Source of the DNA: a virus
Taxonomy: Duplodnaviria > Caudoviricetes
Virus record (IMG/VR): IMGVR_UViG_3300010376_000099
Coordinates: 1-30,943 of that record
Reading direction: 5' to 3' (one strand)
DNA: 30,943 nt
Shown: in pieces, positions 24,952-30,943 of the stretch
How positions within the stretch are numbered: position 1 is the first letter of the stretch
Layout of the letters: the number at the start of each line of letters is the position of its first letter
The notes under the pieces: model-generated
What the model was told of the DNA's origin: nothing
What the model saw: the letters and a program-made list of their open reading frames with translations, nothing else
Database searches by the model: none
Made by a program: the position numbers and the translations under genes

Positions 24952-25344
24952 ATGCAGTATTTTAAAGTAAGTGATTACATGGCGACAACGCGGATAGCGT
25001 TGCAAGATACTATTTCACCATATCGCTATACTGATAGTCGCATTATAGATGCACTCAATTCAGCCATGTTTGAAATATCAAGAATGCGGGCTGATATATT
25101 CCTTGATGCAAAATACCAACATTCTGTAGCTACGGACGGTTCAAATTATGGTGACATGATTCCGCAACTATTCACCACCTCAAAAACAAGTGCAACTGTC
25201 CCCGTGCCGTCTTTATATCGGCCTGCGGTTGAGTGGTATATGTCGGCGTGGTTGCAATTTGATGATGTGGAGGATGCACAGGATCAGCGAGCGCAAGCGT
25301 TTATGCAGAAGTTTGCAGGTAGGCTATCGACGTTTCCGGGGTAG
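24952..25344 (+). CDS. Putative head-tail adaptor/virion protein
   Basis: Follows MCP; LQD...YRY.D..I...LN.A..EI.R.R.D pattern. Confidence 0.6.
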   Translation: MQYFKVSDYMATTRIALQDTISPYRYTDSRIIDALNSAMFEISRMRADIFLDAKYQHSVATDGSNYGDMIPQLFTTSKTSATVPVPSLYRPAVEWYMSAWLQFDDVEDAQDQRAQAFMQKFAGRLSTFPG

Positions 25345-25347
25345 TTA

Positions 25348-26079
25348 ATGTCAGGCGCAACGCTTACTCGGATAATAGATACTGCTAAGATACACTGTCC
25401 CGGTGTATTAGAGGGTATGGTTCGTCGTGATTTTGGCAATGTTATGAAAGAGTTTTTTAGGCGGTCTAATATTTGGTTACTTGAATTAGTTGTAAATATA
25501 GTGCCTACAACTAATGATTACTATTTACAAACAGGACAGAATGCTAATGTAATACGCTTAATGTCATTAACTAGACCATCATTTCCACCTGATACTCCAC
25601 CTGTTTATATCCCACCTGTAAATGGGGACCCACCGCAATATCTTTTATTAAGTCCTACTGGCCCTGGGAATAACGCACAGAGCCAGTATGCTCGCGTTCC
25701 TCGGGATGGTGGGTTGCTTTCGGCGGGATGTAAGACGCCAATATTAAGGATACATTGGAATCCTGGTTCAAATGATTGGTGGATTGCGACTGTATCATTG
25801 AATATTTCAGAGGATACGGATGATAATGGTTTTCCTATTCTCTATCCTAATTGGATATTAGAGAAATATTTTGAATATTTTCAAGACGGGATACTTGCAA
25901 AGCTTATGCTTCAAGCAAATAAACCTTACTCAAATGAGAAGGGTGCCATGTATCACTATCGTAAATTTCATGAAGGAATAGGATTGGCTCGCACAGAAGT
26001 AAGAAATTATTTCACGTATTCAGGGCAAGCTTGGTTGTATCCACAAACGTTTGCAGCGCGGCATCCGAGGGTTCAATAG
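25348..26079 (+). CDS. Putative adaptor/tail tubular protein
   Basis: 243 aa; HCPG, EFFRRS..W, G.LAKLM....KPYSN motifs; position. Confidence 0.6.
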   Translation: MSGATLTRIIDTAKIHCPGVLEGMVRRDFGNVMKEFFRRSNIWLLELVVNIVPTTNDYYLQTGQNANVIRLMSLTRPSFPPDTPPVYIPPVNGDPPQYLLLSPTGPGNNAQSQYARVPRDGGLLSAGCKTPILRIHWNPGSNDWWIATVSLNISEDTDDNGFPILYPNWILEKYFEYFQDGILAKLMLQANKPYSNEKGAMYHYRKFHEGIGLARTEVRNYFTYSGQAWLYPQTFAARHPRVQ

Positions 26080-26088
26080 GAGAGTATT

Positions 26089-26838
26089 ATGGGCATAGCG
26101 GCTGGCCTCCCTGTTAACTACTCGAACGATGCATATTTTTATCCTGACAATACGGGAGTGCTTGGTAGCTTTACTAAGTCACAGGACGCGCAAACACAAG
26201 TTTCACTTGATTACACTTCGATTATACCTACGGGTTTAACTATACTTAGTGCTTCTTTCGTGATTAATTATGGCACCGCGCCACAGTTGGTTATATCAGG
26301 AGCTACGGTCCAAGGAAGCGGTGAAATTATTGGATTTATGGTAAGTGGCGGTTTGAATGGTGTTAAGTATACTATTCAAATATTAGCTAAACTTAGCGAT
26401 GGCGCAACTGTTCTTCAACATACATTGGAAGTTGTTGTTTCAACTCCAGGCGTTAACACTCCTGCTGTTTCTGCTGCTTCATCGCCAGCTACGCCTGTCC
26501 TCCCTATTCCTGCTGCATTTCAACAAGGTCAAATTTTGAATGGTGATGGCACAAAGTTTGGTTCAAGTTTTGTTGTTTATTATGTTAGCGATACTGCACC
26601 GACGACTGCGAATATTTTAGATCGTTGGTATAACACAGTGGATGGGTTGATCTATGATTATGCTACTGATGGCGTTAGCGTATTCTGGGTATCTTCCTCA
26701 ATGCGGCCAGCCGCTTACACGACTGGTCCTACTGCACCTACTGACAATCGAATGGGAGATATGTGGTATGACACTGGTAACAATGTGTTAAAGGTATGGA
26801 TGAATACGGGTTCTGGCCCGGTTTGGTATACCATCTAA
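26089..26838 (+). CDS. Virion structural protein (beta-rich, fibre-associated)
   Basis: 249 aa; repeated AP....GD.WY.T motifs; AGGAG RBS. Confidence 0.7.
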   Translation: MGIAAGLPVNYSNDAYFYPDNTGVLGSFTKSQDAQTQVSLDYTSIIPTGLTILSASFVINYGTAPQLVISGATVQGSGEIIGFMVSGGLNGVKYTIQILAKLSDGATVLQHTLEVVVSTPGVNTPAVSAASSPATPVLPIPAAFQQGQILNGDGTKFGSSFVVYYVSDTAPTTANILDRWYNTVDGLIYDYATDGVSVFWVSSSMRPAAYTTGPTAPTDNRMGDMWYDTGNNVLKVWMNTGSGPVWYTI

Positions 26839-26858
26839 CTATAAATAGTTGGAAGCCA

Positions 26859-29800
26859 ATGAACGATTTTGCCATATTCCCACAAAACCCTGAGAACGGT
26901 GAAATCTATACCGTTCCGGGAGGCATTACGTTTCAATGGACAAGCCCACCTGGGGGATGGGTGCAAGTTGGCGCATGGCATTGGCCACCTGTAGTTGCTC
27001 CCGGTGCATATGCAGAGTTTCCATCTAACCCACAAACAGGCACGAAATATACTTCTCCAGGTGGAGTAATATTTGTTTATACTGATAAAGGCGCATGGCG
27101 TGTTCAGGGTTCCAATGTCTTACCGTCTCCGTGGATGCTTGCTGGCGTCGGCGCGCCTCCCGATATTGAAGGATTTGCCGGAAACTATTACTTGGACGTA
27201 TCAACAGGAGAGCTGTGGGGTCCTTACAATAACGGTGTGTGGCCCTACCCACCTAGCCCGTTCACGCCCGCTCAAGGCACTCCGGGGCCAATGGGACCTC
27301 AGGGGCCGCAAGGACAGCAAGGGTTACAAGGTCCGGTAGGTGCGATAGGCGCACAAGGACCGATTGGCAACACTGGCAACCAAGGAACAACTGGCGCAAC
27401 AGGCCCACAAGGTGTTGCAGGTCCACAAGGACCGGCCGGTTGGACTACGAAAGTATTTGGTTCGTTCTCAGTAAACCCCCCTTCCTCCCTGCCGACTAAT
27501 GGTTTTTTCCCTGCAAATTGGGATAGTTTGGGTAATCCACCTGTTGATACAACTATTCCAATTGGTGGTTCATTAGTTTATACTTCTAATAGTCATCTTT
27601 GGATGTTTGTAGGAACTAACTTTACATCGGCTGGATGGATTGATATTGGGGCTGTTCAAGGTCCACAAGGTATTCAGGGTATACAGGGACAGATGGGGCC
27701 AGCAGGTCCGAATGGTCCACAAGGTCCACAAGGTATTCAAGGTATATCGGGGCCACAAGGTATTCAAGGTATTCAAGGCCAAGTTGGGCAAACTGGCTTA
27801 ACTGGTGCTCAAGGTGTTACGGGGGCAAAAGGTGCTATTGGGGCACAAGGTCTTGCGGGTCCAACCGGGCCAGCAGGACCAATGGGACCAGTAGGGCCAC
27901 CCGGTTCTAGCGTTAAAGTTATTGGAGCTTTTACGAATAAAACACCTAGCACATTACCATCAAATGGTCATATTCCTGCGAATTGGGATGCTCCCGGTGC
28001 TCCTGCTGCTGATTTATATATGCTTGAGGGGCAAGCATTAGAATATACGGTTAATAGCCATATTTGGTTATATGTTACTTCTTCGTTTGTTCCTGCGGGC
28101 TGGATCGATGTTGGTGCAGTTGTTGGTCCGCAAGGTCCAACAGGACCGCAAGGTATAGTAGGTCCGGCTGGCGCGGTTGGTGCTCAGGGCATTCAAGGTG
28201 CTACTGGTGCGCAAGGTGTGCCGGGTATTCAAGGACCGGCAGGTAATCAAGGAACTGCGGGTGCAGTAGGTGCAACGGGACCAGCAGGACCAGTAGGACC
28301 GCAAGGACCAGCAGGACCACAAGGTAATCCGGGGCCACCCGGTGGGTTAGGTGAAGCGCCTACAGATGGTGCGCTTTATGGTCGAGAGAGTTCTGCTTGG
28401 GTAAAAGCGTTACCACTTAGTGGCGGCACATTAACGGGACCACTAACCTTAGCTGGTGATCCAACTTCTGGTCTTGGGGCTGCTTCAAAGAATTATGTTG
28501 ATAGTAATTTGGCATCAATTGGCATTCCTGAAGTGCCAAACGATGGTAATCCATATGTTCGTAAATATGGTAGTTGGGTGCAAGAGGTTATTCAAGCGGA
28601 CGCGCCGAACAATACTACTATTTATAGTAGGAAAGGTCTAGCATGGGTGGCGGACCCACTTCAATCAGATGCACCAAGTGATGGTAAGTTCTATGAGCGC
28701 AACAATGGCGTGTGGTCTGCTAATCCAATTCAAGCAGATGCGCCAAATGATACCAATGCCTATGTTCGTAAAGGGTTAGCATGGGTAGCTAATCCAATTC
28801 AAGCAGATGCGCCAAATGATGCCAATGCTTACGTTCGTCAAGGATTAGCTTGGGTAAGTCAAGCAACGCTAGCTGTGCAAAAAGCTGGCGATACGATGAC
28901 TGGTAATTTAACAATTGCTAAAACATCTGGTGCAAGTTCATTAAATATTAATGCTATTGCAAGCCAACAAGCTAATATTAATTTGCAAGATGCTGGCACG
29001 TCTAAATGGCAAATTGGTAAGCAAACTGATGATAGTTTCTTTATTTTTGATGTAGCAGGTGGTGCGACAGTAATGACTGTTGGTTTAAGTGGTAATACTG
29101 TAATAGGTGAAACGAATAAAGGTGTAACTGTTCCAGGCCAATTTACTGTTGCCCCAACAAGTGGCAATGCTAATTCTGTTATTAATGCGCCCACTGGTGG
29201 CGGTAGTGCTTTCCAATATTTCCAAATAAACGGGGTTACTCAAGCATATTGGCAAGCAAGTCCGACTGGATTTTCTGGTAATGACGGAGCGGGCACACAG
29301 TTTTTCTCGCTTGTTAGTGGTAATATAACGCTTGGTGAAACTGGTAAAACAATTACATCGCCAAGTGTTATGACTGTTAGTTCTCCCGGTGGCACAATTC
29401 CAGCTTCGAGTGGACTTTTAGCTTTAGGTGCTTCTGGTGTGCAACCAATTATTCAAGCATTTGGTCAGGGAGCGCGTGGTTTTATTGGAGCATATCGTGC
29501 TGATGGTTCATATGGAGCTATGACGCCACTTCTTGCAGGGGAGGAAATTGGGCGTATTGGGTTTGTCGGTAGTGATTCTGCTGCTATGGCAACTTCAACT
29601 AATGGTGCTGTGGCTGTATTTGCTGCTGCAAATTGGTCAACTTCCTCGCATCCTGTATATGTTGATATTTACACAACTCCAATTGGTTCGGTTGGAGCGG
29701 GAGTAACGGCACGGTTTCAACCTTCTGGTGGTATGTCGGTTGGTTCTGGTATTGTTGCAACTGACCCAGGTGCAGGTAATTTGCAAGTTCAAGGTGCTGT

Positions 29801-30779
29801 TATTGCACCTAATCAACCATTTAATGGTTGGCAGAATAAAATTCGTAATGCTTCGGCGCTGATTTGGCAGCGCGGTTTTCCTGTTTCGCATCCTGCGGGT
29901 TCAAACAATTATGGTCCCGATGGTTGGATTATTTCACCAACAGGCGCAGCAACAACTTCAACAGTGGGAAATGGTAACGGGCCATCTAGGAACAGTGTTC
30001 GATTAACTGGTGTTGCTGGTTTAACAGCTATCCAAATGAGTCAACGTATTGAGGGTTCGCGCTGTATGGCGTTGTCGTCTTCGCAGGTATTAGTGCAGGC
30101 AACAATATTTAATAATACTGCTTCTTCAATTACACCGTCGTTATATGTTGCTCATGCTACTGCACAAGATAATTGGGGTGGACAAACAGTTGATGTTAGT
30201 AACGCATCTTTACAGGCTTGTGCTCCTGGAGTTTGGACTAAAGTTGCATATGTATTTACGGGCAATGCTGCTTCATGGCAGGGATTACAAGTTGGTTTTG
30301 GTTTTGCAGGTTTGACGACTGCATATGTAGATGTTGCGAGTGTTGATGTTCGTGCGGTGCCTTCTACTATTCCTAATGGTCTTTATACTAATCCCCCGTA
30401 TCCTGAAGTTCGCGATATTGGCGCTGAATTACGTGATTGCCAGCGCTATTATGAAACAGGCTATGATTTAGGAACCGCGCCGGGAACTGCAAGTGTTAAT
30501 CCCGGATCACATGTCTACGCTATTGCATTACCTAGTGCTGCTTATCAAACTGGAGCACCCGTTTACTTTAAGACGAATAAACGGGCGCAACCGAGCATAA
30601 CTACTTATTCGCCTACTACTGGCGCTTCTGGTAAAGTGCGAGATGCTGTCGCTAATATTGATGTTACTAGTTCAATATCATGGACAGATCAGTTAGGTTT
30701 TCTTTGGTTTGCGACTATGAATGCGGCGACTACTGGTTGGAATATGTCGTGTCAATGGGCAGCAAGCTGCGAGTTTTAG
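26859..30779 (+). CDS. Tail fibre with collagen-like Gly-X-Y tracts and foldon-like repeats
   Basis: Gly-X-Y runs at ~27276-27440, 27660-27905, 28125-28343; LPLSGGTLTGPL and KAGDTMTG fibre motifs; C-terminal N.IRN....IWQRG...ELRDCQRYY domain. Start placed at MNDFAIF. Confidence 0.9.
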   Translation: MNDFAIFPQNPENGEIYTVPGGITFQWTSPPGGWVQVGAWHWPPVVAPGAYAEFPSNPQTGTKYTSPGGVIFVYTDKGAWRVQGSNVLPSPWMLAGVGAPPDIEGFAGNYYLDVSTGELWGPYNNGVWPYPPSPFTPAQGTPGPMGPQGPQGQQGLQGPVGAIGAQGPIGNTGNQGTTGATGPQGVAGPQGPAGWTTKVFGSFSVNPPSSLPTNGFFPANWDSLGNPPVDTTIPIGGSLVYTSNSHLWMFVGTNFTSAGWIDIGAVQGPQGIQGIQGQMGPAGPNGPQGPQGIQGISGPQGIQGIQGQVGQTGLTGAQGVTGAKGAIGAQGLAGPTGPAGPMGPVGPPGSSVKVIGAFTNKTPSTLPSNGHIPANWDAPGAPAADLYMLEGQALEYTVNSHIWLYVTSSFVPAGWIDVGAVVGPQGPTGPQGIVGPAGAVGAQGIQGATGAQGVPGIQGPAGNQGTAGAVGATGPAGPVGPQGPAGPQGNPGPPGGLGEAPTDGALYGRESSAWVKALPLSGGTLTGPLTLAGDPTSGLGAASKNYVDSNLASIGIPEVPNDGNPYVRKYGSWVQEVIQADAPNNTTIYSRKGLAWVADPLQSDAPSDGKFYERNNGVWSANPIQADAPNDTNAYVRKGLAWVANPIQADAPNDANAYVRQGLAWVSQATLAVQKAGDTMTGNLTIAKTSGASSLNINAIASQQANINLQDAGTSKWQIGKQTDDSFFIFDVAGGATVMTVGLSGNTVIGETNKGVTVPGQFTVAPTSGNANSVINAPTGGGSAFQYFQINGVTQAYWQASPTGFSGNDGAGTQFFSLVSGNITLGETGKTITSPSVMTVSSPGGTIPASSGLLALGASGVQPIIQAFGQGARGFIGAYRADGSYGAMTPLLAGEEIGRIGFVGSDSAAMATSTNGAVAVFAAANWSTSSHPVYVDIYTTPIGSVGAGVTARFQPSGGMSVGSGIVATDPGAGNLQVQGAVIAPNQPFNGWQNKIRNASALIWQRGFPVSHPAGSNNYGPDGWIISPTGAATTSTVGNGNGPSRNSVRLTGVAGLTAIQMSQRIEGSRCMALSSSQVLVQATIFNNTASSITPSLYVAHATAQDNWGGQTVDVSNASLQACAPGVWTKVAYVFTGNAASWQGLQVGFGFAGLTTAYVDVASVDVRAVPSTIPNGLYTNPPYPEVRDIGAELRDCQRYYETGYDLGTAPGTASVNPGSHVYAIALPSAAYQTGAPVYFKTNKRAQPSITTYSPTTGASGKVRDAVANIDVTSSISWTDQLGFLWFATMNAATTGWNMSCQWAASCEF

Positions 30780-30781
30780 CC

Positions 30782-30943
30782 ATGACGATGCAATATACAG
30801 AAGTTCGGGATATGTTTGGTGAAGTAAGCACAAGTATGATCCAAGCACAAGATGGTGACTTGATTATGTATGTGCCAAACGACGACGGTAACAAGGATTG
30901 GCAGGCATACCAAGCATGGCTTGCAGAAGGGAACTCACCGCAA
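30782..30943 (+). CDS. Partial tail fibre assembly/chaperone-like protein
   Basis: MTMQYTEVRD...VPNDDGNKDWQAYQAWLAEGNSPQ; P.D..N.D...Y..W...GN.P motif typical of genes after such fibres; runs off right edge. Confidence 0.65.
   Translation, partial: MTMQYTEVRDMFGEVSTSMIQAQDGDLIMYVPNDDGNKDWQAYQAWLAEGNSPQ

Larger units (their letters stand above)
324..28629. repeat. Dispersed 14-bp palindrome AACTAT-NN-ATAGTT (often CAACTATNNATAGTTG)
   Basis: Perfect copies start at 324, 2230, 3948, 4944, 5649, 8164, 9113, 10251, 11054, 11711, 12312, 12483, 13920, 15349, 15892, 17670, 18221, 19112, 20566, 21630, 22852, 26837. One mismatch at 3572, 7187, 14175, 14923, 24928. Symmetric two-mismatch copy at 28616. 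Confidence 0.97.

Noticed and set aside
324-26850. Palindrome as IS/MITE ends or REP elements
   Set aside because: Only 14-16 bp is shared, flanks are unrelated, and there are no target-site duplications or transposase.
26796-26858. Track start of the tail fibre at 26796
   Set aside because: Overlaps the upstream gene by 43 nt; ATG at 26859, just after the stop and palindrome, is more parsimonious.
29800-30779. Diversity-generating retroelement target in the fibre tip
   Set aside because: No template repeat or reverse transcriptase visible in the window.

Overview
This window is a ~31 kb piece of a tailed dsDNA bacteriophage genome, probably podovirus-like. An alphaproteobacterial host is only weakly suggested. 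The left arm (1-14.5 kb, minus strand) is an early/replication region: an intein-split family A DNA polymerase, a MoxR-like AAA ATPase with a VWA/HEXXH partner, HTH proteins and many small ORFs. A ~0.9 kb non-coding switch region with repeats follows. The right arm (plus strand) carries a tRNA-like RNA, terminase large subunit, a putative small subunit on the opposite strand, portal, small GG-motif proteins, scaffold, major capsid, adaptors and a collagen/foldon-repeat tail fibre. The most striking unexplained signal is a 14-bp palindrome, AACTAT-NN-ATAGTT. I counted 22 perfect and 6 near-perfect copies spread fairly evenly (about one per 1.1 kb) over both arms. They sit next to RBSs, on stop codons, and inside long genes, where perfect copies always encode T-I-(D/N)-S. 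Other oddities are a tRNA with a shrunken anticodon arm, a conserved-loop hairpin with swapped stems, a duplicated covarying leader structure, a probable AUU start for TerL and two nuclease remnants. All calls come from reading the sequence by eye, with no database searches, and counts may miss degenerate copies.
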